64,000 nucleotides of DNA from the IMG/VR virus record IMGVR_UViG_3300046648_000213, positions 1 through 64,000 of that record. One strand, written 5' to 3'. The position numbers and the translations under genes are program-made. Below the pieces are notes generated by a model, which saw only the letters and a program-made list of their open reading frames with translations, had not been told where the DNA came from and searched no databases. The stretch is from a virus. Of the stretch, positions 46,450-56,501 are shown one piece after another; position 1 is the first letter of the stretch, and each line of letters starts with the position of its first letter.

Positions 46450-47315
46450 TCGTTGCGCCAATCGAGAAGGTGATCCCGTTCCGGTACGCGCCGGACACAA
46501 TGGACGGCCTCTTCGAATGTCTCACTGTCCAATTGGACAACGAGATCATCGTCCCGGCGCGTGCGCTGTTCGAGGTGCTCGGCACGGACTGGCCGACCTC
46601 GCGCAAGATGCTGCTCGGGCGTGGCGTTGAATTCCGCAAGCATCCGGTGAAGGCGGGCAGGCGCGTGGGCCTGGTCGATTGCATGACGCTGCCCGACGTG
46701 ACAGCCGCGCTCGACAAGATGAACCCGAACAAGGCACCGTCCGACGAGCTCAAGATGCGCCGGCATCTGTTCAAGGTCGGTCTGGTGCGCGAGATCGAGA
46801 ACGGTTGGGGATTGAATATCGCTGCAAAATCCGCGGACCCGGACACGATCATAGTGACGGACACGTTGGACGGCGCGGACCTGTTCCGGCGCGACGCATC
46901 GCGGCTCGGCATGCATCCGAACCACATCGGCGCCGTGGTGCGCACGGGCGGCTTTATCGAAGTCGTGAAGCCGCAGGTGGCGACGCGCGTGAAGCGCCTG
47001 ATGCAGCCGAAGGGCGCACCGGACTCGTTCGTCGAGATCATCGAGCAGCGCGCGTCGCGCGAGACGATCCAGCTTCCGCTGGACGCTTACGCACCGGGCG
47101 AGCTCGAGCGGCGCATGCGGGACGCCAAACCCATCGTGCCGGCGGACATATTCGAGCGTAAGGCGTCGGACGACCCACTTGCCCAACGCCGTGTGTTGCC
47201 GCGCCGGCCGGACGTGATCGACCTGAACCCGACGCTGGACGATATGAATCCGGACCGGTGGAAGTTCGTGATGCTGCCGGAAACCGTTGAGAAGAAGGTG
47301 TGGGACTGTGAGTGA
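46446..47315 (+). CDS. Antirepressor-like DNA-binding protein
   Basis: N-terminal IIVPARALFEVLGTDW..SRK resembles the P22 Ant N-domain. Confidence 0.5.
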   Translation: MIVAPIEKVIPFRYAPDTMDGLFECLTVQLDNEIIVPARALFEVLGTDWPTSRKMLLGRGVEFRKHPVKAGRRVGLVDCMTLPDVTAALDKMNPNKAPSDELKMRRHLFKVGLVREIENGWGLNIAAKSADPDTIIVTDTLDGADLFRRDASRLGMHPNHIGAVVRTGGFIEVVKPQVATRVKRLMQPKGAPDSFVEIIEQRASRETIQLPLDAYAPGELERRMRDAKPIVPADIFERKASDDPLAQRRVLPRRPDVIDLNPTLDDMNPDRWKFVMLPETVEKKVWDCE

Positions 47316-47382
47316 ACACTGACCAGCTTGCGAGGCTGGTCAGTGTCCATTTGGACACTGCAACCTACGTTGGAAGTCACAT

Positions 47383-47766
47383 ATGGAGGTAACTATGCTC
47401 GAAGCGCTGCGCACTGTGCGCCGCCTCACGGACGAAGGGATGAAGCGCGAGATCGCTGAAGCGCTCGTCGAAGAGATCAATGCGGGGATGAAAGACAACC
47501 TCGTAACGAAGTCGGACCTGAAGACTGAACTTGCCCTGCTGCGTGCCGATATTAAGGCGGACCTCTCGGAGCTCAAGTCGGAACTCGTCGGCACGCGCTC
47601 CGACCTGCGTGCTGAGATCAGGGAAGGGAAGAGCGATTCGCGCTCGTACATCGACGGCGTGCTGTCTGACTTCAAGACGGCGATCACGGTGCGCGTCGCG
47701 TTCCTGATGGTCGCGCAGCTTTTCGCGATGGCCGGGATCGGCATGTATCTGAAGCACGGCGGCTGA
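47383..47766 (+). CDS. DUF1640/CCDC90-like coiled coil with C-terminal TM anchor
   Basis: LTDEGM..EIAEAL, LVTKSDL, heptads, C-terminal TM. Confidence 0.75.
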   Translation: MEVTMLEALRTVRRLTDEGMKREIAEALVEEINAGMKDNLVTKSDLKTELALLRADIKADLSELKSELVGTRSDLRAEIREGKSDSRSYIDGVLSDFKTAITVRVAFLMVAQLFAMAGIGMYLKHGG

Positions 47767-47931
47767 CATGCTTGCGTGGATTCTCCGCCGCCGCTACTAC
47801 GCGTTGCGGTATAGCGCACATGTGACAGGCGATCCGATCGTGGCTAACGCCGCCGATATTCTGGAGGCGCGGCTCGACCGCCTGCTAGTCGCTCACGACT
47901 AGCCTCAACACAATCTGTAGTGCAATTTCAC

Positions 47932-47953
47932 AGCCCGCTTCGGCGGGCTTTTT
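47932..47953 (+). terminator. Rho-independent terminator
   Basis: AGCCCGC-TTCG-GCGGGCT-TTTT. Confidence 0.8.
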
Positions 47954-47995
47954 CGTGTCCAAATGGACAACAACTTTAATCGGAGTAGAACAAAA

Positions 47996-48712
47996 ATGAA
48001 CAAGCACTTTCGCGTCTTCCACGCTCCCGAAACCTTCGACCCGAACAACATGGGTCCGGCGCAGCAGTACGATTGCATGGCGATCGACGAGACGGCTGCG
48101 CGTCAGCAGGTGAACGCCAAGTTCCCGAAGCACGAGATTCGCATCGTGTTCGAACGCAACCGGTTCAAGGATGCGCTGTTCATCCAGTCGGCGTGCAACC
48201 CGGTGGCGATCACGACCGCGCTGGCCGACGCGATGCGCATGTGCCGCGCCGAGAACATGGACACGTCGGCGATCTGCAACGACCCGGCCGTGCGCCTCAT
48301 CGTGCACCAGCTTGCCCACCTGACGAACCAGTACGAACTCACGAACTCCATGAGCGCGTACAGCCATGCGACGCAGATGTGCGAGCTCGGGCAAGACGGC
48401 AAGCAGTTCCGTCTCCCGAAGAAGCTCCCGATGCTCGACCTTAGAAAGGAAGAGGCGGGCGGCGGCCAATACATCTATGCCTGCGCCTGGGCGACGGCCA
48501 GCGGCGGATCGTGCGACTGGTGGTATCGCCAGCAAGACGCGTGGGACCACGCGCAGTCGCTGGCACTGAATGAGAACTTCTCCGACACCGAAGTCTGCTT
48601 CTTCGAGGTGATGGTCGACACGTCGACGGTCATGCGCGGCAACGTGGTCGACGTGCTCGACGGTGCGTATGCAGACCACCTCGCGAAGCACACGGTGGCA
48701 GCTGATGCCTAA
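47996..48712 (+). CDS. Hypothetical early protein
   Basis: Leader motif plus GGAG; typical codons. Confidence 0.7.
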   Translation: MNKHFRVFHAPETFDPNNMGPAQQYDCMAIDETAARQQVNAKFPKHEIRIVFERNRFKDALFIQSACNPVAITTALADAMRMCRAENMDTSAICNDPAVRLIVHQLAHLTNQYELTNSMSAYSHATQMCELGQDGKQFRLPKKLPMLDLRKEEAGGGQYIYACAWATASGGSCDWWYRQQDAWDHAQSLALNENFSDTEVCFFEVMVDTSTVMRGNVVDVLDGAYADHLAKHTVAADA

Positions 48713-48866
48713 GTTCAAGGTCGGGCAGACCGTGCGCTACATCAGCTACGGCGTCGAGAAGACGGAAGTGATCGTCCGCATCGGCGAGCGTAGCGGAATC
48801 CTTTTCTTCTCCGGCGGCAGGTTCCTGTATCCGGAGAGCGTTATCGAAATCGTGGAGAAGTCATGA
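48705..48866 (+). CDS. Small SH3-like protein (FKVGQTV)
   Basis: Coupled ORF. Confidence 0.5.
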   Translation: MPKFKVGQTVRYISYGVEKTEVIVRIGERSGILFFSGGRFLYPESVIEIVEKS

Positions 48867-49117
48867 ACGAACAACAAATGCTGGAACTGCTGCGCGCCAC
48901 GGTGCGCGCCAAGCTCGCTTATTGGGACGAACTGCGCAAGCTCGAGCTCGCGCTGACGAACGGCGGCGAGTTCAGCGACAAGGCGAACGACCAAGTGATC
49001 GCGGACATCGACACACTTGCCGCCGGCCTGCCGCTCGACAACAACACCGACGCGATCACGAGTGTCCATTTGGACAACCTGAAGCACGCCGTCGCCGAAC
49101 ATCCGATCGAGGACTGA
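48863..49117 (+). CDS. Hypothetical protein
   Basis: ATGA overlap, GGAG RBS. Confidence 0.7.
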   Translation: MNEQQMLELLRATVRAKLAYWDELRKLELALTNGGEFSDKANDQVIADIDTLAAGLPLDNNTDAITSVHLDNLKHAVAEHPIED

Positions 49118-49118
49118 C

Positions 49119-49715
49119 ATGAGCACGAACATCACCGTCATGCCGACAATGGACATGACCAGCGACGAGCGCCACGTCTTCTACGCGGTCGAATGGCTCA
49201 CGGACGATGGACACCATGCCGTCGACGTCTATCACTACGAGGAAAGCCGCGACAGCCACGCCAAGGGGCTGAGCAAAGCGAAGGTCGTGGTCTACGACAT
49301 CGTGTGCCCGTTCAGCGCCGGCCAGGAGGAAGCGGAAGACTTCGCCCGCGACAACGCATACCTGAAGCAGCCGGCCGCCGTGCATCAGGCCGACCGCCGC
49401 GAGATGGAGATCGCGATCGTCACGAAGCTCGTCAACACGGCGATCCACCTCGGCTACGAGGTCAGCGTGTACGACGGCGAAGCGTGGCCGATCAAGCACA
49501 GCACCTTCGCGCTGAACGTGCTGGCCGAGATGTTCGCAACCTCTGAAGAGTCGCTGCACTTTCACAGCGGCAAGCGCTACATCGGCGTCGTCGATCTCGT
49601 GTACGGCAACGAGGGCTGGACTGTGATCGCCGACAACACGGAAAGCGCAGAGATGACCGCCATCCTCGCGCCGGCCGAAGAACTTGCCCGCCAACTGGAG
49701 TTTGAAAACGCATGA
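49119..49715 (+). CDS. Hypothetical acidic protein
   Basis: GAGG RBS; LVYGNEGWTVIAD. Confidence 0.7.
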   Translation: MSTNITVMPTMDMTSDERHVFYAVEWLTDDGHHAVDVYHYEESRDSHAKGLSKAKVVVYDIVCPFSAGQEEAEDFARDNAYLKQPAAVHQADRREMEIAIVTKLVNTAIHLGYEVSVYDGEAWPIKHSTFALNVLAEMFATSEESLHFHSGKRYIGVVDLVYGNEGWTVIADNTESAEMTAILAPAEELARQLEFENA

Positions 49716-50104
49716 ACCCGATCAAGATCACGCTCGAGACGGAACTGGACGACAGCTGGATGCAGGAGATGTTCGCGATGATCGATATAGGAGTCGCGTA
49801 TTGGGCGACGCCCAACGTCGAGCGCTTCGTCGACTATCGCGAGACGAACGGCGACCGCACGGTCGCGCTGCACATCATCGAGGATGAGGTCGTGCGCGGC
49901 CAGGATCACCCGCGCGAGCTCGCTATCGACGCAGCGGTAATCAACCGCGGCATCGAGCGCATCCTGCAGGGCGATGTGCACGCATACCCGGACGAGATCG
50001 GCGAGATCGTCAAGTCGCTGAACACCGGCGAGAACCTGATCGGCGCCGAACTTGCCGACACGATCGTGCAGGCCGGCCTGTACGGCGAACTCATTTGGGG
50101 GTGA
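49712..50104 (+). CDS. Hypothetical acidic protein
   Basis: ADTIVQAGLYGELIWG ending. Confidence 0.7.
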   Translation: MNPIKITLETELDDSWMQEMFAMIDIGVAYWATPNVERFVDYRETNGDRTVALHIIEDEVVRGQDHPRELAIDAAVINRGIERILQGDVHAYPDEIGEIVKSLNTGENLIGAELADTIVQAGLYGELIWG

Positions 50105-50105
50105 C

Positions 50106-50525
50106 ATGAAGCTGTTCATGATGTGTGGCCGCATCAGCGGTTGGGATGACGATCTCGCGATGCTTGTGGCAGCTGAGGACGACGCCGAAGCGTGCGCCAA
50201 GTTCCGGCGCGAGCTTCTCGACATTGACGGAAGCCAGTGCCCGCCGGACTGCGAGGAGCCGGAGCTCTACATCCACCAGACCGATCTCGTCGGCGCGATC
50301 ATGCCGGACGGCAAGGTGCAGACGTCGTTCGGCGGGGGCGCGGCGCCGGAGCCGGAACCGAAGCACTTCACGGTGCAGATCACCGAGTCGAGCCAGTATC
50401 AGGTCGATATCCTGTGGCCGACGCGCGAGGGTGTGGAGGACGAAGCGCGCCGGCTGCTGGTCGAAGGCGGAAAGGACGCGTTCCTGACCGATTGCAACGA
50501 ACTCTCGATCAAGGTGCACGAATGA
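50106..50525 (+). CDS. Hypothetical acidic protein
   Basis: Coupled ORF. Confidence 0.65.
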   Translation: MKLFMMCGRISGWDDDLAMLVAAEDDAEACAKFRRELLDIDGSQCPPDCEEPELYIHQTDLVGAIMPDGKVQTSFGGGAAPEPEPKHFTVQITESSQYQVDILWPTREGVEDEARRLLVEGGKDAFLTDCNELSIKVHE

Positions 50526-50944
50526 AGGTCAAGACGAAGGACCTGAGCGGCGCTGCGCTCGACTACGCCGTCGCGACGTGCGAAGGACTTCCGCTGCGTC
50601 TCGATCCTATGGGTTTTCGCAGGGACGCGCCAAAGTCGTCGCAAGCCGGATGGTGGGTGTGGGACGAGAAACCCGGCGTGTTGAAGATGGTCACGCAGTT
50701 AGTCGGGAAGGACTATTCGCCTTCGACAAATTGGGCGCAGGGCGGGCCGATCATCGAGATCAAGCGCATCGACGTTATCTCGGACCCGAACGGATCGGCC
50801 GGCTGGATGGGGCGCAACTATGTCGACTGGCGAGAGGTCCAGCGTTTCGGCGCGACGCCGCTTGAAGCAGCGATGCGCTGCTACGTGAGCGCCACGTATG
50901 GCGAGGAGCTCGACATCCCCGACGAACTCATGGAGAAAGCATGA
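50522..50944 (+). CDS. DUF2591/NinX-family protein
   Basis: LSGAALDYAVA, YSPSTNWAQGGPII, GATPLEAAMRCYV. Confidence 0.85.
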   Translation: MKVKTKDLSGAALDYAVATCEGLPLRLDPMGFRRDAPKSSQAGWWVWDEKPGVLKMVTQLVGKDYSPSTNWAQGGPIIEIKRIDVISDPNGSAGWMGRNYVDWREVQRFGATPLEAAMRCYVSATYGEELDIPDELMEKA

Positions 50945-51108
50945 AGAAGTTCACCGTGACGATCGAGGAGGTGATCCGCCACACGCTCACCGTCGAGGCT
51001 GACAGCGAAGAAAAGGCGAGCGAGATCGCAATGGACACTCTCCTCCAGCAGGGCGAGGACGCATTCAACTCGTCCATCGAAGACCGCAGCGTCTACATGG
51101 TGCTCTGA
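50941..51108 (+). CDS. DpnD/PcfM-like small protein
   Basis: MKKFTVTIEEV...VEADSEEKA. Confidence 0.6.
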   Translation: MKKFTVTIEEVIRHTLTVEADSEEKASEIAMDTLLQQGEDAFNSSIEDRSVYMVL

Positions 51109-51267
51109 TGTGGCAGATACGACACGCACACACGATGGAGGACCTCGGGACATACGTGACGACCAATGCGGCGCTCGCCGCATTGAAAGCCGATGGGTTT
51201 CGGGTCTACGCAACAATCCGCACGAAGGGAGTTATCTACGTCGTGCCTGACGAAAGGAAGAAGAAAG

Positions 51268-51507
51268 ATGGCAACGAAGACGGAAGTGAAGCTGCACAGT
51301 GACGGCGCGCTCTCAATCATGGAAGCGCACGACAAGGCAGGGATCGCGTACTGGTTCAACGCGATGGGGCACGAGCGTCGCTCGGGGACGGTGCTGGCGA
51401 TGTTCGTCGACGGCGACCAGGCGGACATGGAAATCACCCTGTGGCCGAACGGGACGTGGGACGCTAAGACGCGAATCGTCGTGGGTGATGAGGTGACCGG
51501 GGAGTAA
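51268..51507 (+). CDS. Hypothetical protein
   Basis: Typical codons. Confidence 0.55.
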   Translation: MATKTEVKLHSDGALSIMEAHDKAGIAYWFNAMGHERRSGTVLAMFVDGDQADMEITLWPNGTWDAKTRIVVGDEVTGE

Positions 51508-51738
51508 GAAAGCCGCTGTCCAATTGGACAGCACGACTTACGGAGGAAGTGATGCTTCACGAATACAACGGCTATTACGACTGCAAGGTTGTGAAGGTGT
51601 ACGCGGAGAATCAAACTGAGGCGTTGCGACTTGCCATTGCGGCAATCAACCCGCCGAAGCGCAAGGCATACATGGTCGGCGTTGCGCTGACCCGGTGGAA
51701 CGTGGAGCTCCCTTCTGACGAGGAGAAAGAGAGTGAGA

Positions 51739-51894
51739 ATGAAATTCAGCGAGATTCTCGACGAGTATCTCGACCTGCGCGAAAAGGGTCCGGACGAGAG
51801 TTCGGGCTACAGCGATAAGGCGTACTACACGCGAATGAACGAACTTAGCGAGGCGATGGACATGCTCGCGCCGGGGGAGATCACCTTCGAATGA
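51739..51894 (+). CDS. Small acidic protein MKFSEILDEY...
   Basis: Coupled to the next gene by ATGA. Confidence 0.5.
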   Translation: MKFSEILDEYLDLREKGPDESSGYSDKAYYTRMNELSEAMDMLAPGEITFE

Positions 51895-52166
51895 AGTGGA
51901 TTGAACTCATCACGAAGCTGCGCGCCGAGCCGCGCGCAGCGCACGTGTTCGTGGTCAGCCCGCACAACCAAGCTGACCTGCATCCGGTCGGCACCGTGCG
52001 CAGCGTGATCGAACGGCTCGGCATTCTCGAAGAGACGCCGCTCGAGCGCGTGCAGATCGTCACCGACGAGCGGCGCGGCGAGTATCGCTGGATCAAGTCG
52101 GTGCTCAGCTGGCGCACCGGTGTCACCGAAATCCCATGTAACTCGGTGTACCTCACCGTCGAGTGA
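51891..52166 (+). CDS. Hypothetical protein
   Basis: ATGA-coupled, typical codons. Confidence 0.6.
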   Translation: MKWIELITKLRAEPRAAHVFVVSPHNQADLHPVGTVRSVIERLGILEETPLERVQIVTDERRGEYRWIKSVLSWRTGVTEIPCNSVYLTVE

Positions 52167-52236
52167 ACACCAGCTTGCCCTGCGGGGCAAGCTAGTGTCC
52201 ATTTGGACACTGCATCATCAACCTACGGAGGAAGTG

Positions 52237-52638
52237 ATGAGCAAAGTATTGAGCGAGCGCCGGAAGGCGGACCGCGAAGAGATGGCGAAGCGCGTCGAGG
52301 CGCTGCTGAACGAGCTCGGCGTGGCGTATGAGCGCAGCGAGCACGACCGCGAGATCAACATCGACGTGCACGGCCCGCGCGGCCTGTGCGTGCTGGTCGA
52401 CTTCGACGGCGCGTCGTGGCAGCCGGACGTCCATGTGCTGTCGTGGCATATCCGCGAGCGCGGCGCGCAGCTGAGCGACGCGCGCTTCGGCGGCAACGTG
52501 AACCCGCATCACAAGGCCAAGGCGACCTACGTCGCGTATGGATTCGACAACCTGATGTACAGCCTGCGCCGCGGCCTCGAGCTCGCGATCAGCGGCAAAG
52601 CATTCCTCGACTACGAAGAACAACAAAAGGCGGCCTGA
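52237..52638 (+). CDS. Hypothetical protein
   Basis: GGAGG RBS after a palindrome; VNPHHKAKAT. Confidence 0.7.
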   Translation: MSKVLSERRKADREEMAKRVEALLNELGVAYERSEHDREINIDVHGPRGLCVLVDFDGASWQPDVHVLSWHIRERGAQLSDARFGGNVNPHHKAKATYVAYGFDNLMYSLRRGLELAISGKAFLDYEEQQKAA

Positions 52639-52640
52639 CA

Positions 52641-53135
52641 ATGGAAACCCCCTTCAAGAAGAAGCTCTTCCTCTCCGAGTCCGAACACGTTGGCGTCGGC
52701 CTGCTGCTGAAAGCGCCAGGCGAGCAGGTGATCTGCGAGTTCGATCAGACGCCCGACATGGCGTTCCATGCCGAGTACGTGAAGGACGCGGTGAACGCGT
52801 ACCCGGACCTGCTTGCCGAGCGTGAGCAGTTGAAGGCCGTGCTGATGCACGCGATCGAGCAGCAGAAGCAGGCGCAGCGCGTGCACGAGATCATCGCCGA
52901 TCTCGCGTTCGATCTCGGTCACAGGTGGCGCGACATGCCGGTCGCAAGCTGCCAAGGGATCATGGATCACGTCGGCGGCTCGCGCGGCTTGATGGACTGG
53001 CTCGTCGGCTGCGCGCACGAGTTCGACACGCTGTGGGAAGCGAAGCCGGAGGACGAGCAGGAAGACTACATCGGCGAGGTCGATGCGTTCGCGAACAGGA
53101 AGTTCGCCGAGCTCAAGCTGGAGGCGCTCGCGTGA
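52641..53135 (+). CDS. Hypothetical protein
   Basis: Typical codons. Confidence 0.65.
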   Translation: METPFKKKLFLSESEHVGVGLLLKAPGEQVICEFDQTPDMAFHAEYVKDAVNAYPDLLAEREQLKAVLMHAIEQQKQAQRVHEIIADLAFDLGHRWRDMPVASCQGIMDHVGGSRGLMDWLVGCAHEFDTLWEAKPEDEQEDYIGEVDAFANRKFAELKLEALA

Positions 53136-53764
53136 AGACCCACTTCAAGATTGTCGTGATCGACGAGACGGATCACTGGATCGATGACATCCAGAAGCGC
53201 GCCGGCGCCGTGTGGGTTGCGTACATGTTCGACTCGCTGCGCCACGTGCACGCCTGCGAGATCACGCCGTCGTACGAACTGTGGCCACTCTACGCGACGG
53301 CGTGGAACCGCACCGGAAACGATGAGGTCGACGAGGAGCTCGAGTCGGAGATCATCCAGTGGGTCGGCAGCGACGTCGAGTATCACCACGTCAGCAGCAT
53401 CGAGCGGCTGCCGGCCGCGCGCTTCTACGACTGCGGCGAGGAAGAGCACGATGACGACGAGACGTGGGAAGAGATTCGAGAGCGAGTCGAGGACCACTAT
53501 CGCGGCAACGTGGCGATCCAGTTCCCGGCAGGCTATGACGGCCCACCGCCGCCGCCCGTGCTGCACGAGTACGCATTCGACGTGAAGCTGTTCGCGTCGC
53601 TGCGCGTGAAGGCCGCCACGGAGGAAGAGGCGCGCGAGAAACTGCGCTCCGCGCTCGATTGTGCCGATACACACTTCGGGCAGTTGGACGGCGAGCCGCT
53701 GACGGCGGAAGCGTCGATCGACGGTGAGCCCGAGCTATATGAAATCGATGGAGAACCAACGTAA
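53132..53764 (+). CDS. Acidic protein with poly-Pro linker and DpnD-like C-domain
   Basis: GTGA overlap, GGAGG RBS. Confidence 0.65.
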   Translation: MKTHFKIVVIDETDHWIDDIQKRAGAVWVAYMFDSLRHVHACEITPSYELWPLYATAWNRTGNDEVDEELESEIIQWVGSDVEYHHVSSIERLPAARFYDCGEEEHDDDETWEEIRERVEDHYRGNVAIQFPAGYDGPPPPPVLHEYAFDVKLFASLRVKAATEEEAREKLRSALDCADTHFGQLDGEPLTAEASIDGEPELYEIDGEPT

Positions 53765-54123
53765 TGCAGAAAATCGAAGCGGTAAAGACCAGCGACGGCC
53801 GGCTGTTCGAGACGAACGAAGAAGCCGCCAAGCACGAGATCGAGGTCGCTGTGCCGGCGCGCATCGACGAACTCTGGAACGAGTACATCGCGCAGCGTGA
53901 TCGCCCGCACCTGCACAACGTGAAGGAGTTCGTCCTCACGGCGGCAGAGGACCTGAACCGGGTCACGGCTACGGTGAAGCGCGCGAAGCAGGTGCTCGAG
54001 CCGAGCCGCCAGCAGTTCGAGGCAAAGCGCCAGGGACACACGTACTGCAAGCACTGCGACAGCGCGATAGCCTCGCATGAAAAGATTGAAGGCAAGTGGT
54101 ATTGCCGAAAGGAGAACCTGTGA
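53764..54123 (+). CDS. Hypothetical protein with C-terminal CxxC
   Basis: KTSDGRLFET; CKHC. Confidence 0.65.
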   Translation: MQKIEAVKTSDGRLFETNEEAAKHEIEVAVPARIDELWNEYIAQRDRPHLHNVKEFVLTAAEDLNRVTATVKRAKQVLEPSRQQFEAKRQGHTYCKHCDSAIASHEKIEGKWYCRKENL

Positions 54124-54386
54124 GCAGGGAAATTCAGCTGTATTCCCCGAGCGGCAAGCGCATCGTGGGCACCGCCGAGACGATCCCCGGCGTGGCCTCG
54201 GTCGCGTACTTCGAGCGCGACGAAAGCGGTGAACTCGTGCCGGTGCACGGCGGCGGCACCGACGTGAATTGGGACGGCCAGGAGACGATGCTCGGCGCCG
54301 ACGATCAGATCATCGTCGTCGACGAGGACGACGTGGAGTGGTCGCTCTCGGACTGCAACGAGGCAGAGGAAGAGGTCGAGGAGTGA
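54120..54386 (+). CDS. Highly acidic hypothetical protein
   Basis: AGGAG RBS, GTG start. Confidence 0.6.
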   Translation: MSREIQLYSPSGKRIVGTAETIPGVASVAYFERDESGELVPVHGGGTDVNWDGQETMLGADDQIIVVDEDDVEWSLSDCNEAEEEVEE

Positions 54387-54879
54387 AGCACCTTGCCTGT
54401 GTGCTGTTGGGCGCGGCGCTGGTGGTCGCGCTCGACTACGTGACGGAGCGCGCCGCGGATCACCCGGTCTGCGAGCGCGTATCGGTTCAATCTACCGAGT
54501 GTCCAACTGGACACTCAAGCAAGCGCGTGTGAGGTCAACGAATGATGCTGTGCGGACGTTGTGGGCAAGCTGGAATCGAATGGAAAGGTCCCCTGAGCGC
54601 CCTAACCCATACAGAATGCCCACACTGTGGCGGTAATAATTGCCAGCAGGAAACAGAACCTGACGATGATCGAAAGGCAACGGACACAATTCCGTAATGT
54701 GCTGGTAAGTATCTGACGCGAAAACGGAAATTCTTTCGAGACCGTCGTCTGATCTGACGTAAATTTCCGATTGGGACACCTTTTGTCCATTACGCCCAGT
54801 TACAATGGCTCCCACTTTTACCTAATAGAGGCAGTAGAAACTGCCGCATTTGCCGGGTGTCCGTAAAGGGATTGTAATA

Positions 54880-55128
54880 ATGTTCAGCTACACGTATGCG
54901 AAGGGTTTCGTCAAGTGTCTGGAAGAAGTCGGCAAGCTCGGCCACAACATCGGGGCCTGCAAGGAGATCGCCAACCTGACCTTTGGCGAGGATGTATTGG
55001 AGACGCGGGCTGTGAAGGACAAGGTGTATATCCGGTTCACCGATCGCTCCGCCGTGGAGTGCTCACCGACCGAAGCAGGTGAGCGCTTCGTCGCGATGGA
55101 CCCGCCGGCACCGCCGACGTATCACTGA
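54880..55128 (+). CDS. Hypothetical protein
   Basis: Followed by a terminator. Confidence 0.55.
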   Translation: MFSYTYAKGFVKCLEEVGKLGHNIGACKEIANLTFGEDVLETRAVKDKVYIRFTDRSAVECSPTEAGERFVAMDPPAPPTYH

Positions 55129-55143
55129 GTAGCAGCACCGTTC

Positions 55144-55171
55144 AAAAAGGCCCGCTTTTGCGGGCCTTTTT
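55144..55171. terminator. Bidirectional terminator
   Basis: AAAAAGGCCCGC-TTTT-GCGGGCCTTTTT. Confidence 0.8.
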
Positions 55172-55236
55172 CATGTCCCAACAGGACGAAAATGTCATAG
55201 AATCCTTCACCACAAAAACAATAAAGGTGAAGAGCC

Positions 55237-55461
55237 ATGAGAAGTGCACTGAGCATGCTTGCCGCAACCGCACTGGTGATGTCCGGCGCGTCCGCGACAG
55301 CGTTCAACGACCCGAGCAGCGCGTTGTTCGGCCAGTGGGGCACAGCACAGGCTCCATTTAGCCGCAGCGCGCGTCGGCCAATTCGAAACAAACGCGTGGA
55401 GTTGCGCCGCCAGCGCGAGAAGATGGCAGCAGCATCCCGCAAACGAAACCGACTCAAATGA
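55237..55461 (+). CDS. Small basic protein with a signal-peptide-like N-terminus
   Basis: AAAGGT RBS. Confidence 0.55.
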   Translation: MRSALSMLAATALVMSGASATAFNDPSSALFGQWGTAQAPFSRSARRPIRNKRVELRRQREKMAAASRKRNRLK

Positions 55462-55853
55462 GAATTCTGTTCAATGACCGTGTGGGCAAAGAGTGCCGCA
55501 CCTGCTGCACCCGCCCGCGCGTCATCGACACCAGGCCGACCGATACCGGCTACGTCTATCGCCGCATGAAGTGCGAGTGTGGGCAGGAGCGGACGCTGGA
55601 GATTCCGATGTCCCTGTACGAGGGCATGGAGAAGCAGATCGCCGACCTGAAGGCACAGAGCGCCAACATGCAGCGCGAGATCGCTCGCATGGAAGCGGAG
55701 GCGGCAGCAATGAGCGACATTCACGCCACGCTCAAGCGCGTGGAGGCTGCGGTCACGCAGGTGCCGGAGAAGCCAACCTTGCTGATCGACGAGCCGGTGC
55801 CGCGCATGCCGCCGCCGCGCCACGTCATCGACCGCCGCTCTATGAGCATCTGA
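55458..55853 (+). CDS. Zinc-ribbon (NrdR-N/Ogr-like) coiled-coil protein
   Basis: CRTC...RVIDTR...YRRMKCECG. Confidence 0.55.
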   Translation: MRILFNDRVGKECRTCCTRPRVIDTRPTDTGYVYRRMKCECGQERTLEIPMSLYEGMEKQIADLKAQSANMQREIARMEAEAAAMSDIHATLKRVEAAVTQVPEKPTLLIDEPVPRMPPPRHVIDRRSMSI

Positions 55854-55918
55854 ACGAGACATTTAATGTCCCAACCGGGCTGTCCAATTGGACAGCCCTT
55901 TTACTTTAAGAGGAAGTT

Positions 55919-56449
55919 ATGGCAGCACATGTGACCCTGCACGACGACATCATCGACTCGCGCGACATCGAATCGCGCATCGACGAGCTCGAGGCCCTGA
56001 AGGAAGCAGTCGACGACGCGAAGGAAGCCGTCGACGAGCGGCGCGCGGAGCTCGTAGAGGAGTTCGGCGGCGAAGAGGAAACCGACCTCCGGCCGCGCGA
56101 GTGGGCGGACTTCTGCGATGCGGACGAGGAACTCAAGGGCCTCGTCGAAGCGCATGCCCGAGCGGATCAGGAACTCATCGACGAGATGGACAGCGACGAG
56201 GAGCTCGACCAGCTGCTCGAAGTGCGCACGGAAGTCGACGGCTACAGCCGCGAGTGGCGGCACGGCGTGACGCTCATCAACGACGACTACTTTGAGCGGT
56301 ACGCCGAGCAACTTGCCGATGACCTCGGGCTCATCAGCAACACAGCGCAGTGGCCGGCGACCTGCATCGACTGGAAACAGGCTGCGAAGGAACTGCAGAG
56401 CGACTACACGTCAGTAGAGATCGGATCGGAGACGTACTGGTATCGGTAG
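55919..56449 (+). CDS. Acidic antirestriction-like protein (ArdA-like C-terminus)
   Basis: Very D/E-rich; FERYAEQL...CIDWKQAAKEL..DY. Confidence 0.5.
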   Translation: MAAHVTLHDDIIDSRDIESRIDELEALKEAVDDAKEAVDERRAELVEEFGGEEETDLRPREWADFCDADEELKGLVEAHARADQELIDEMDSDEELDQLLEVRTEVDGYSREWRHGVTLINDDYFERYAEQLADDLGLISNTAQWPATCIDWKQAAKELQSDYTSVEIGSETYWYR

Positions 56450-56501
56450 CAATTTCATGCTCGTTGAAAACACATGAACAAAACCTAACCAGAGGGTCAA
56501 C

